From an uncultured Deinococcales bacterium (GTDB lineage Bacteria; Deinococcota; Deinococci; Deinococcales; JAAFIG01): DNA of 52,113 bases. The number at the start of each line of letters is the position of its first letter. Within the stretch, counting starts at the first letter, position 1. Below, piece after piece: positions 19,519 to 27,821 of this stretch. Position numbers and translations under genes: made by a program. The stretch covers positions 1 through 52,113 of the forward strand of contig CAXTKV010000009.1 in assembly GCA_964244895.1 (NCBI GenBank), given 5' to 3'. The notes beneath the pieces are model-generated. The model ran no database searches. It was not told where the DNA came from and saw only the letters and a list, made by a program, of their open reading frames with translations.

Positions 19519-20166
19519 ATGGACAGACACACGCCATTTTCGTTTCCCGGCGCGCGCGTGGATCGGCTCGTGACCGGGCCATTCCAGGAGAACGCGTACA
19601 TCGTGGTCGGCGCGAATTCCAAAGGCGTGATCGTCGATCCGGGAGCCGACGCGGAAGACATCCTGAGGCTGGTCGAACAACTCGGGGCGCGCATCGAGGC
19701 GGTGTTGGTGACGCACGCGCACCTGGATCACATGGGCGCGGTCGATCCGGTGCGCGACGCGCTCAACGTGCCCGTCTACCTGCACCCGGACGCCAGAGAA
19801 ACCTGGGATCAGGCGCACGTCACGGCGGCGCGCTGGAACGTTCCGTTCATGCAACCGCGCCCACCGGATCGCGATCTGAAACTCGGAGCGCTCGAGATCG
19901 GCGGGTTGGAATGGAACGCGCTCTACACGCCGGGCCACGCGAACGGGCACGTCAGCCTGTACTCGAGCCAGGGTTTCGTGCTGGCCGGAGACGCGCTCTT
20001 CAAGGGATCGGTCGGTCGCACAGACTTGTCCGGTGGCGATCACGGGCTGCTGATCCAGAGCATCCGCTCGCAGTTGATGACGCTGCCGCCGGAAACCATC
20101 GTGCTGAGCGGTCACGGCCCACAGACGACCATCGGCGAGGAGGCGCGCTCGAACCCGTTCCTCTAA
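19519..20166 (+). CDS. MBL-fold metallo-hydrolase (glyoxalase II-like, YcbL/GloC type)
   Basis: THAHLDH, TPGH, GDALF, GHGP and NPFL motifs; start ATG19519 with TACGAT -10. Confidence 0.9.
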   Translation: MDRHTPFSFPGARVDRLVTGPFQENAYIVVGANSKGVIVDPGADAEDILRLVEQLGARIEAVLVTHAHLDHMGAVDPVRDALNVPVYLHPDARETWDQAHVTAARWNVPFMQPRPPDRDLKLGALEIGGLEWNALYTPGHANGHVSLYSSQGFVLAGDALFKGSVGRTDLSGGDHGLLIQSIRSQLMTLPPETIVLSGHGPQTTIGEEARSNPFL

Positions 20167-20226
20167 AAGCCTCTCCTCTGCCCAGATTCGGCACACGGCG
20201 CGCCTCGCTCGAGGTACGCTGATGTC

Positions 20227-20607
20227 GTGCCCGACACCATCGCGTTGATCGCTCACGACCAGAAGAAAGACGATCTGGCGAGCTTCGCGCTCGAGCACCG
20301 GGACTTGCTTTCCAGGTTCCGCCTGATTGCCACCGGAACCACGGGCCGAATCCTGATGGAGTTCACCGGTCTGGAAATCACGCCGTTGCTCTCCGGGCCG
20401 TTGGGCGGCGACCAGCAGATCGGCGCGATGGTCGCTCAGGGCGGCGTGGCCGCCGTGATTTTCTTTCGCGATCCGTTGACGGCCCAACCGCACGAACCCG
20501 ATGTCAGCGCGCTGTTGCGCATCTGCGATGTCCACGATGTTCCGCTCGCCACCAACCCAGCCTCCGCGACCGCGCTGATCGCCTGGTTCGCTCAGCGATT
20601 CAACTGA
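20227..20607 (+). CDS. mgsA: Methylglyoxal synthase
   Basis: [46 protein letters not shown]. Confidence 0.96.
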   Translation: MPDTIALIAHDQKKDDLASFALEHRDLLSRFRLIATGTTGRILMEFTGLEITPLLSGPLGGDQQIGAMVAQGGVAAVIFFRDPLTAQPHEPDVSALLRICDVHDVPLATNPASATALIAWFAQRFN

Positions 20608-20654
20608 TGCGGGAGCTTTACGCAAGATTGACCTCTGGAACGAATACTGCGCCG

Positions 20655-21572
20655 ATGGTGAGCGTTCGCGTCCTGCTCTCGTGGCTGATCCTGGCCGCGT
20701 CTCTCGGTTCGGGACGCGCGGAACCCGCACCTCGCGAACCCGACCCGCCAGAACCCGCCGAGAGCGCCCCGACCACCACCGAAACCCCGCCACCACCCGC
20801 CAGCGCGGGCGTGCGCCTGAGCAACACGGTCAGCGTAAACGCACCGAATCCCGCCAAACCGCGCACCGCCAGCCCCAAACCGAACGCGAAAAGCGGCGCA
20901 AAAAGCATCGTGCTCGAACAGAAGCGCGTGCGCGGCGTGGATGTCAAGATCGTGCGCGTCAACCTCTGGGATCGGCGCGTGTTCGTCTCGCCGGTCATGC
21001 CCGCGCTCGGGCTCGGCAAGGGCGGCGAGCGCTTCGCACGGATGGTCGCGGGCTCGAGCGCCGTGGCGATCGTCAACGGCGGGTATTTTCATCCGCGATC
21101 CTTCAGCCTGACCGGGGATCTTGTCGTCAAGGGGCGGCACCTGACGACCCAGGGTCCCGTGCGCACGGCGCTCGGCATCACCTCGGATGGGCGCGCCAGC
21201 GTCACGGCGGGCGCGACCTCGAGCAACATCGCCTGGCGCGAGTTCGAGACGGCCATCAGCAACGGCCCGTGGGTGCTTCGGTCGGGCAAGATCATGGTCT
21301 ACCCGCGCGAGGAAGGCTACACCGATCGCGGCATCGAGCGTCCAGCCGCCCGCAGCGCGGTCGGCGTGACCAGCCAGCGCAAGCTGTTCATCGTCAGCAC
21401 CCGCCAGAAGGTCAACCTCTACGATCTGGCCAAGCTGATGAAGGCGCTCGGCGCGCGCGAAGCGATCGCATTGGATGGCGGCTCGAGCGTCGGGTTGGCC
21501 TGGAAGGGCAAGGTCTTGATTCGTCCCGCCCGAAAGATCGCTTACGGCATCGGTGTCTACGTTCGTCCGTGA
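20655..21572 (+). CDS. Secreted phosphodiester glycosidase (NAGPA/DUF2233) family protein
   Basis: Signal peptide, Pro-rich linker, VNGGYF, GPWVL, ARSAVG and ALDGGSS motifs. Confidence 0.85.
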   Translation: MVSVRVLLSWLILAASLGSGRAEPAPREPDPPEPAESAPTTTETPPPPASAGVRLSNTVSVNAPNPAKPRTASPKPNAKSGAKSIVLEQKRVRGVDVKIVRVNLWDRRVFVSPVMPALGLGKGGERFARMVAGSSAVAIVNGGYFHPRSFSLTGDLVVKGRHLTTQGPVRTALGITSDGRASVTAGATSSNIAWREFETAISNGPWVLRSGKIMVYPREEGYTDRGIERPAARSAVGVTSQRKLFIVSTRQKVNLYDLAKLMKALGAREAIALDGGSSVGLAWKGKVLIRPARKIAYGIGVYVRP

Positions 21573-21620
21573 GAACACCGTCCAGCACGCAGTTCGCTAT
21601 TCGTGTGCTGGACGGTGTTC
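21572..21620. repeat. Family A repeat (doublet)
   Basis: GAACACCGTCCAGCACGC...GTGTGCTGGACGGTGTTC, overlapping the stop codon. Confidence 0.85.
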
Positions 21621-21671
21621 CGTTGCAGGCGGCTGGACGCTCGAGCGACCCGTCGAACACGTCTGGAGGGC

Positions 21672-21737
21672 AGGGTAACCGCAAGGGTTACCCTTACAAA
21701 AGCCTGTTGTGAAGGGGCAACCATAAAGGTTGCCCTC
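21672..21737. repeat. Family B (GTAG-type) REP doublet
   Basis: GGGTAACCgcaagGGTTACCCttaca and GGGCAACCataaaGGTTGCCC; near-identical to the units at 2508-2571. Confidence 0.75.
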
Positions 21738-21789
21738 GCATCAACGCGTTCTGGGGACTGACTTTCGCAAGAGGTTCAATGACCTTTAT

Positions 21790-23187
21790 TTAGATCGGCG
21801 AGAGCTTGAAGACCGTGCCCGAGCCATCATCGGTGATCAACAAATTCCCGTCCGCGTCGGGGATCGCGTCCACCGGAGATCCAAAACGACCATCTTTCGA
21901 GGTGGGATCGGTGATCCAGCCCGTCACCAGGTCTATCGGGTCGGCTGGCGCGCCGTCGGCACCGAACGGAAAAAAAATCACCTTTGAACCCACCAACCTC
22001 GAGCAGTTCCAACACGCGCGGAGCGCCGCCACCGCACCGTTCTTGTAGGCGCTCGAGAAGGCGCTCTGCTGCAGGAACGTCAAACCGAGCGGTGTCGTGT
22101 GCGCCTTCATGCCCTTGACGGCGCGGTCGGCGGTGGCGCAATTAAAGACGCTGTTGTCGCGGTTGTTGACGAAATCCGGGTTGAGCGGCATGTTGGACAA
22201 TCCGCTGGCGGTGCTGGCATCGGCGTTGCAGTACGGCCAGCCGTAATTCCCGCCGTCGCGAACCTTGACCAGCAATTCGGGCGGGTTGTCGTCCACGTAA
22301 GATTGCACGCGCTGCCCGAGGTCGCTGACGCCGTCACCGGTGATGTCCTTGTCGAACGGGTAATAGATGTCATCGCGCCCCACGACCGTAACCCACAGGT
22401 CGTTCGTGCCGGGCAGGAAATCCATGCCGTTGACGTTGCGCAAGCCCGCAGCCACCAGCCTTCCGCCGGTGGTCGCGTCGGTCGCCGTTTTGGGGTCGAA
22501 CTCGTAGATCGCACCGCGTTTGGGCGCGGCTTTCTGATCCGCCGGATCGGCGTTGGTGGCGGAAGCGATCTCGACCAACATCTGCCCGGTGGCCCGGTTG
22601 ATGACCATGTTCTTCAGTTCGTGCCCGTACTGGCCTTTCAAAGCGCTCGAGGAATCGCCGTCCGGCAGATTCGTGACGATCGGCTCGAGGGCTCGGCGGG
22701 TGGTGTCACCAGCGACGTAGACGGATCGGGTCACGCGGTTGCTCTCGGTCGTGTACAGGTAGGTCGTGCCTGAAAAGGTGGCCAGCACCATGCCGTGCGG
22801 TTTCTTCAGCCCCATCGCGAAATCGCTGATGGTGTAGTCCGAACCCGACTTGTGCATCAGCAAGATCTTGCCGGAAGACGGCTGCGAAATCAGCACGTCG
22901 CCGGTCGGCAAGAGCAGCATGAATCTCGGTCGATCCACGCGCGCGATCACGGAGAGTTTGAATCCTGGCGGAACCGTGAAAACTCGCTCTTGAGTGAACG
23001 CACCGTACCGCATGGATACGGGAACATCCACGGCCTGCTGGACGCTGGCGGCGGGTGGATAGGCCGGGGGCGCGACGGGTGCCGCACCGCCCGTGTCGGG
23101 GCACGCGGTCAGCGTCGTTCCGAAAATCGACAGGCTCGCGATCACGCGCCAGGGCAGTCCAAAACGTACTTTTTCGGGTTTCATCAT
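21790..23187 (-). CDS. PQQ-dependent sugar/L-sorbosone dehydrogenase-like lipoprotein (beta-propeller)
   Basis: LTAC lipobox; GLRNVNG, GGNYGWPY, AHTTPLGLTF and DGNLLITDD motifs. Confidence 0.85.
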   Translation of the reverse strand: MMKPEKVRFGLPWRVIASLSIFGTTLTACPDTGGAAPVAPPAYPPAASVQQAVDVPVSMRYGAFTQERVFTVPPGFKLSVIARVDRPRFMLLLPTGDVLISQPSSGKILLMHKSGSDYTISDFAMGLKKPHGMVLATFSGTTYLYTTESNRVTRSVYVAGDTTRRALEPIVTNLPDGDSSSALKGQYGHELKNMVINRATGQMLVEIASATNADPADQKAAPKRGAIYEFDPKTATDATTGGRLVAAGLRNVNGMDFLPGTNDLWVTVVGRDDIYYPFDKDITGDGVSDLGQRVQSYVDDNPPELLVKVRDGGNYGWPYCNADASTASGLSNMPLNPDFVNNRDNSVFNCATADRAVKGMKAHTTPLGLTFLQQSAFSSAYKNGAVAALRACWNCSRLVGSKVIFFPFGADGAPADPIDLVTGWITDPTSKDGRFGSPVDAIPDADGNLLITDDGSGTVFKLSPI

Positions 23188-23290
23188 CTACGAAAACCTC
23201 CGGGCGCGGTGGACACCCACGACGGCGCGATTCGAGCGTATGCGCTCATTATGAACGTCACACCAAGGCCCGGTGAGCGCCGACGCGACG

Positions 23291-23344
23291 CGAAAATACC
23301 GTCCGGGGCGCATACTCAAAATTGCGTCCTGGACGGTATTCTCG
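23291..23344. repeat. Family A repeat (doublet)
   Basis: AATACCGTCCGGGGCGCA...TGCGTCCTGGACGGTATT. Confidence 0.8.
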
Positions 23345-23709
23345 AGCTGATCTCACGAGCGGAGGCGCGATCGGACGCCTCGCAGATAGACCTCCGGGGT
23401 CGAGCGATGACGTGAACGTGACGGTTCGCTGGTGCGCGAGTTCGTGCACGTTCAAATACGATCGCGAGATCAGATTCAGCCGGGCTCGACTTCGGGAATG
23501 CCACCTCCGACGAAGATGCTCTGGCGCGTCCGAGATCGCGAGCGCTCATCTCGCGTCGCGGAAAATACAGTTTGCGCTTCAGACCTCGACACCAGCCCGC
23601 TACGCGTCAGCCGGGGGTTCTTCCGAGTCTTCACCGCTGACCAAGTTTCTTGCGCTTCCAGTCAAGGGAGTTCGTTCGCGCTCACCCGTTAGACTGCCCT
23701 AGATCATTG

Positions 23710-24771
23710 ATGCCATCTCGAGGACGCCACAAGATTTTCGTCGGAGCCGCCGCCGGTGTCGGCAAAACCTACCGGGCACTTCAGGAAATCCGCGACCGCC
23801 GCAAGGACGGCGCGGACGCGCTGATCGGCGTGCTGGAAACGCACGGGCGCACCGAAACCGTGGCCGCCGCCGAGGGCTTACCGCTCTTTCCGCGCCTGGA
23901 AATCGAGTACAAGGGCGTGACCCTGCGCGAGCTCGACGTGGACGGATTGATCGAACGCGCCCCGCAACTCGTGATGGTCGACGAGCTGGCGCACACCAAC
24001 GCGCCCGGATCGAAAAACCCGAAGCGCTTCCAGGACGTTGAACGCCTTCTAGAGGCGGGCATCGACGTGATCAGCACGCTCAACGTCCAGCACCTCGAGA
24101 GCCTGAACGACGACGTGGCGCGTTTAACCGGCGTGCGGGTGCGCGAACGCGTGCCGGATCGGGTGGTGCTGGACGCCGACGAGGTCGTGATCGTGGACAT
24201 CAGCCCGGAGGCGCTCCAGGAGCGGCTCAAAGCCGGAAAGATCTACGCCCGCGACAAGGTCGATCAGGCGCTGGGCAGTTTCTTCAAGCTCGAGAACCTC
24301 AGCACCTTGCGCGAGATCGCGCTCCGGCACACGGCGGACGTGGTCGAGGAAGAACCGCGCCGCCCCGAGGAAGTCCTGGGGCGCGGCATCAAAGAGCACA
24401 TCGCGATCGCGGTGCGCGCCGAAGCCCGCGAGGCCAGGCTGATCCGGCGCGGCGCGAGGGTCGCGCAGCGCTTATCGGCGGATCTGGTGGTGGTTCACGT
24501 CAAGCAGCGCCCGTACCTGGACAATGAACTCGAGGTGCTGAACGAACTCGAAGCCCTGACCCGCGAATTCGGCGGCGGCTGGCACGTGATCGAGGGCAGC
24601 GACATCGCCTCGAGCCTGGTGTCGTTCATCCGCCAGCAGGACGTGACGCAGGTGGTCGTCGGCGAGACGCACCGATCCCGGCTGGCGGAGATCGTCAAGG
24701 GCAGCGTGGTTCACGAGGTCATGCGCCGCACGCACGGCGTGGACGTGTACGTGATCGCAGACGAGGATTGA
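23710..24771 (+). CDS. kdpD: Stand-alone KdpD N-terminal sensor (KdpD domain plus USP domain; no TM or kinase)
   Basis: GRHKIFVGAAAGVGKTY, ETHGR, VDELAHTN and STLNVQHLESLND motifs, then a USP domain (VTQVVVGET...GSVVHEVMR); ends without a transmitter domain. Confidence 0.9.
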   Translation: MPSRGRHKIFVGAAAGVGKTYRALQEIRDRRKDGADALIGVLETHGRTETVAAAEGLPLFPRLEIEYKGVTLRELDVDGLIERAPQLVMVDELAHTNAPGSKNPKRFQDVERLLEAGIDVISTLNVQHLESLNDDVARLTGVRVRERVPDRVVLDADEVVIVDISPEALQERLKAGKIYARDKVDQALGSFFKLENLSTLREIALRHTADVVEEEPRRPEEVLGRGIKEHIAIAVRAEAREARLIRRGARVAQRLSADLVVVHVKQRPYLDNELEVLNELEALTREFGGGWHVIEGSDIASSLVSFIRQQDVTQVVVGETHRSRLAEIVKGSVVHEVMRRTHGVDVYVIADED

Positions 24772-24772
24772 C

Positions 24773-24826
24773 CGGGAACATCGTCCAGGACGCATTCATT
24801 TATTTGCGTCCTGGACGATGTTCCCG
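24773..24826. repeat. Family A repeat, perfect 22-bp inverted arms
   Basis: CGGGAACATCGTCCAGGACGCA-ttcatttatt-TGCGTCCTGGACGATGTTCCCG, filling the gap between convergent genes. Confidence 0.9.
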
Positions 24827-24829
24827 AGG

Positions 24830-25498
24830 CTAAAGCAATCCCTTGCGGAGCGCCTTGACCGCCGCCTGCGTCCTGTCTGACACGCGCAGACGCTCCAGAA
24901 TCTCCTGAACGTGGGTTTTGACGGTTGAGAGGCTGATCTCGAGCGCCTGCGCGATTTCCTTGTTGCCCATGCCGTCCGCGATCAAGCGCAGTACCTCGAG
25001 TTCGCGGGGTGACAGGTTGGTTTCACCATCGCTGGCGGGCGTGATGCGGCCCAGCACCAGGTGCGCGATCTGCGGGTCGAGGTAGGCGCTGCCCAACGCG
25101 GCGGCGCGAATGGCGATCAGCAGGCTCGAGGGGTCGGTGGTCTTGAGGCAGTACGCGTCCGCACCGCTCGCCAGGGCGGCCAGCACCTCCTGCTCGAGTT
25201 GATGCACGGTCAGCATGACGACGCGGGCTTTCGGGTGCGCGGCCTTGAGGCGGCGCGTGGCCTCGATGCCGTCAATGCCGGGCAAGCCGATGTCCATCAC
25301 GACCACGTCGGCGGGGTGTTCCGAGTACAACTCGAGCGCCTCCTCGCCGCTGCGGGCCTCGCCGATGACGCGCAGGCCGGGGTCGCGGTTGATCGCCACG
25401 CGCAGCCCGTCGCGGGTGAAGGCGTGATCTTCGACCAAAAAGACCGTGTTTCCCGAATCATCAATGGCGGGCACCGCGCCGGGCGCGTTCTCGTTCAC
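24830..25498 (-). CDS. NarL/LuxR-family response regulator
   Basis: VEDH, VVVMDIGLPGIDG receiver domain; LSPRELEVL...GNKEIA...TVKTHV LuxR HTH. Confidence 0.93.
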   Translation of the reverse strand: MNENAPGAVPAIDDSGNTVFLVEDHAFTRDGLRVAINRDPGLRVIGEARSGEEALELYSEHPADVVVMDIGLPGIDGIEATRRLKAAHPKARVVMLTVHQLEQEVLAALASGADAYCLKTTDPSSLLIAIRAAALGSAYLDPQIAHLVLGRITPASDGETNLSPRELEVLRLIADGMGNKEIAQALEISLSTVKTHVQEILERLRVSDRTQAAVKALRKGLL

Positions 25499-27048
25499 GC
25501 CGTCCCCAACGGTGTTTTCTGCACAGTAGGGCTGCCCACGGCGGGCAGCTCGAACCAGAAGACGCTGCCGCCGCCCTCGCGCGGGTGGTAGCCGATGCGC
25601 CCACCGTGGGCCTCGATGATGCGCCGGGAAAGGTACAGGCCCAGACCGCTGCCGCCGCCCGCTCGCCCGCCCGCGAAGCGCGTGAACAGCCGCGGTTCGA
25701 GTTCGAGGTTGACGCCCGGCCCGCGATCCGCGACCTCAAGCCTGACCAGGCCGGGTTTCGAGGAACCGTCCGTGCGCTCCAGGTTGACTTCGATCCTCGA
25801 TTGCGGTGGGCTCCAGCGCACGGCGTTCTCCAGCAGGTTCTGGATCACGCGGCGCAGGTCGGGACTGCTACCGCGCACGACAGACGCATCCTGAAGGTTC
25901 CATTCCAGGTTCAAGCCCTTCTCGCGCATCGGATTCTCGAGGCGCACGGCCACGGCTCGGGCCTCGCGCTCGAGGCCGACGGTATCGTCCTGGGTGCGGG
26001 TCTCGCCGCTCTCGTAACGCGCCACCAACAGCAGCGTGTCCGCCAGCGCCAGCAAGTCCTCGTTGGCTTCCATGCCGTGCTCCAGGTTGTGGCGGTACTC
26101 GTCGCTGATCGGGCCGAACGCGCCCTCGAGCGCCAGACGCATGTTGACGCCGTTCGCCACCAATGGCGTGCGCAGGTCGTGGCTGAAGGCGTAGACCAGA
26201 TCGCGGATCACACCGCTGCGGCGTTCGAGTTCCAGGCGGTTGCGCTCGAGGCGCTCGAAGAGTTCCACACGCTCTAACGCGGCACTGAGCGGCGCGATCA
26301 GATTTTCGACGATCACCGTGGCGTCTTTTCTGGGTTCCAAGATTCCCAACAGAAGCGGCGCGCGCCCCGACCACGACAGGCCCGCGATCAGGGCGCGGTT
26401 GGCAATCAGACCGTAATCTGCGGCCTGTTCGGTCAGGATCACCCGTTCCGGCCCCGCACCGACCAACCAGGCGGGCAGCCGCGAACCGATCGGCCAGGCC
26501 GCCAACGACTGCGGCTGCGCGACCCTCGGTGCGGCGAACGACTCGACCCCGCCCGAGGCCAGCACCACCCCTCTGGCCTCGAGCGCCACCGTCAGCGATT
26601 CCGCCACCTTGCTTAAGGCCGCTTCGAGCGTGCGCTCGCCGTTGACCGCCGCCAGCACGCGTTCGATGTCGCGCTCGCGGCGGGCTCGGGCTTCTTCGAG
26701 GCGCAGCGCGCCCAATCGGCTCGAGGTCACGGACAAGGCCGTGGTCATCCAACCGACCAGCACGAACGATGCCGCCAGCAGGCCGCGGTTGGCCAGGCTG
26801 ACCGCATCGAAAGCGCCGTCCGCGCGGGCGTTCAACCAACCCGCGACGGCATCCGTGATGAGCGCCGCGATCACCAGCCCCAGGGTGAAGCGCCTCGAGA
26901 ACACCAGCCCGGATAGCGCAATCGGGATGTTCAACAGGATCGCCACCACCAGCCGTTGCGGGGTCAGCACGTCCGCCGTCACGAACGCCACGAACATCAC
27001 CAGGCAGGCCGTCATGACCGGCGCGGCGAGGGGCGGACGAACGTTCAC
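25495..27048 (-). CDS. Membrane histidine kinase (KdpD C-terminal-half-like)
   Basis: About 4 N-terminal TM helices; H-box SHDLRTPL; NLLENAVR, DRGPG and GSGLGL motifs. Start GTG27048 has TACGAT -10 6 nt upstream. Confidence 0.9.
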   Translation of the reverse strand: MNVRPPLAAPVMTACLVMFVAFVTADVLTPQRLVVAILLNIPIALSGLVFSRRFTLGLVIAALITDAVAGWLNARADGAFDAVSLANRGLLAASFVLVGWMTTALSVTSSRLGALRLEEARARRERDIERVLAAVNGERTLEAALSKVAESLTVALEARGVVLASGGVESFAAPRVAQPQSLAAWPIGSRLPAWLVGAGPERVILTEQAADYGLIANRALIAGLSWSGRAPLLLGILEPRKDATVIVENLIAPLSAALERVELFERLERNRLELERRSGVIRDLVYAFSHDLRTPLVANGVNMRLALEGAFGPISDEYRHNLEHGMEANEDLLALADTLLLVARYESGETRTQDDTVGLEREARAVAVRLENPMREKGLNLEWNLQDASVVRGSSPDLRRVIQNLLENAVRWSPPQSRIEVNLERTDGSSKPGLVRLEVADRGPGVNLELEPRLFTRFAGGRAGGGSGLGLYLSRRIIEAHGGRIGYHPREGGGSVFWFELPAVGSPTVQKTPLGTA

Positions 27049-27096
27049 AGCCGCATCGTACCGCGCCGCGCCGTACCGCCACAGACGCAACCTCAA

Positions 27097-27120
27097 GGGG
27101 TCGGTCATGTGGCTGACCCC
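27097..27120. promoter_or_regulatory. Imperfect palindrome in the divergent kinase/kdp promoter region (candidate regulator site)
   Basis: GGGGTCGGTCAT / GTGGCTGACCCC, about 40 nt upstream of a TAGGTT -10-like hexamer (27161-27166). Confidence 0.35.
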
Positions 27121-27205
27121 GCGCGTCACCCGGCGGATACCGCGCGTGGCGGCCCGCGCCTAGGTTCATGTGTGAAGGAGCCTGAGGCTCCAAAGGAGGC
27201 ATCTT

Positions 27206-27286
27206 GTGCTGTGGGTTCTGTTGATTATCGCGGTCTTGCTCGGGGCGTACCTGGTGTACGCGATGTTGAAACCGGAGGCGTTCTGA
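27206..27286 (+). CDS. kdpF: KdpF, K+-ATPase small subunit (26 aa)
   Basis: AAGGAGG RBS; MLWVLLIIAVLLGAYLVYAMLKPEAF* matches the YLxYAxxxPExF KdpF motif. Not in the ORF track. Confidence 0.88.
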   Translation: MLWVLLIIAVLLGAYLVYAMLKPEAF

Positions 27287-27367
27287 ATGGTCATCTTCGG
27301 ATTGTTGATCCTGGTCGGTCTGTTCCTGCTCTGCGGAGCCTTCATCGGCGGTTCGGAACGGATGTGA
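27287..27367 (+). CDS. 26-aa hydrophobic peptide, kdp-associated
   Basis: ATG directly after the kdpF stop; MVIFGLLILVGLFLLCGAFIGGSERM*. Confidence 0.7.
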   Translation: MVIFGLLILVGLFLLCGAFIGGSERM

Positions 27368-27504
27368 ACCCGATGATCGAAGTGCTCGAGGTGCTGGTCA
27401 TGACGGCGTTCCTGAGCTGGGGTTTGTTCACTTGGCTGACGCGTGAACCCTTCCGGGTCGAGCTCAAATCCAGACCCGGAGGGCTCGAGCGGAGCGGGTC
27501 GTGA
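27364..27504 (+). CDS. 46-aa single-TM peptide, kdp-associated
   Basis: GTGA overlap with the previous stop; MNPMIEVLEVLVMTAFLSWGLFTWLTREPFRVELKSRPGGLERSGS*. Confidence 0.6.
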   Translation: MNPMIEVLEVLVMTAFLSWGLFTWLTREPFRVELKSRPGGLERSGS

Positions 27505-27602
27505 ATCACGCCGAAATTCTGAGCGTTTTGATCTTCGTCCCGTTGGTTTGCTTGAGCTTCGCGATGGGTCAACGCGCGCTGCGCGAGCAGTGGTGGAAGT
27601 AA
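27501..27602 (+). CDS. 33-aa single-TM peptide, kdp-associated
   Basis: GTGA overlap; MNHAEILSVLIFVPLVCLSFAMGQRALREQWWK*. Confidence 0.6.
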   Translation: MNHAEILSVLIFVPLVCLSFAMGQRALREQWWK

Positions 27603-27617
27603 CTGAGGAGGCTCGGC

Positions 27618-27821
27618 GTGACGCCGTTCTTGAACATGGTGGCCGTGATCGCACTGCTCTCCTGGACGCTGATCATCCTCAGCATTGTGAATGACCTCAG
27701 ACGCCTGCTCGAGCGCGAACGTTCAGAGCGACCGCCTCGAGCGCGCAATCGAATGGAGAGACACGGTGGGCGCGCAACCTCGAGGCACGATGACCGAAAG
27801 GTCTTGAAGGGGAAACACTGA
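27618..27821 (+). CDS. 67-aa single-TM protein with basic tail, coupled to kdpA
   Basis: GAGGAGG RBS, N-terminal hydrophobic helix, TGATG overlap with the kdpA start. Confidence 0.6.
   Translation: MTPFLNMVAVIALLSWTLIILSIVNDLRRLLERERSERPPRARNRMERHGGRATSRHDDRKVLKGKH

Noticed and set aside
24773..24826. Family A palindrome as a transcription-factor operator
   Set aside because: It lies mostly at gene 3' ends and between convergent genes, next to functionally unrelated genes.
27049..27205. c-di-AMP (ydaO) riboswitch before the kdp operon or the KimA-like gene
   Set aside because: The consensus blocks are not visible, and the gap before the permease is only 49 nt.
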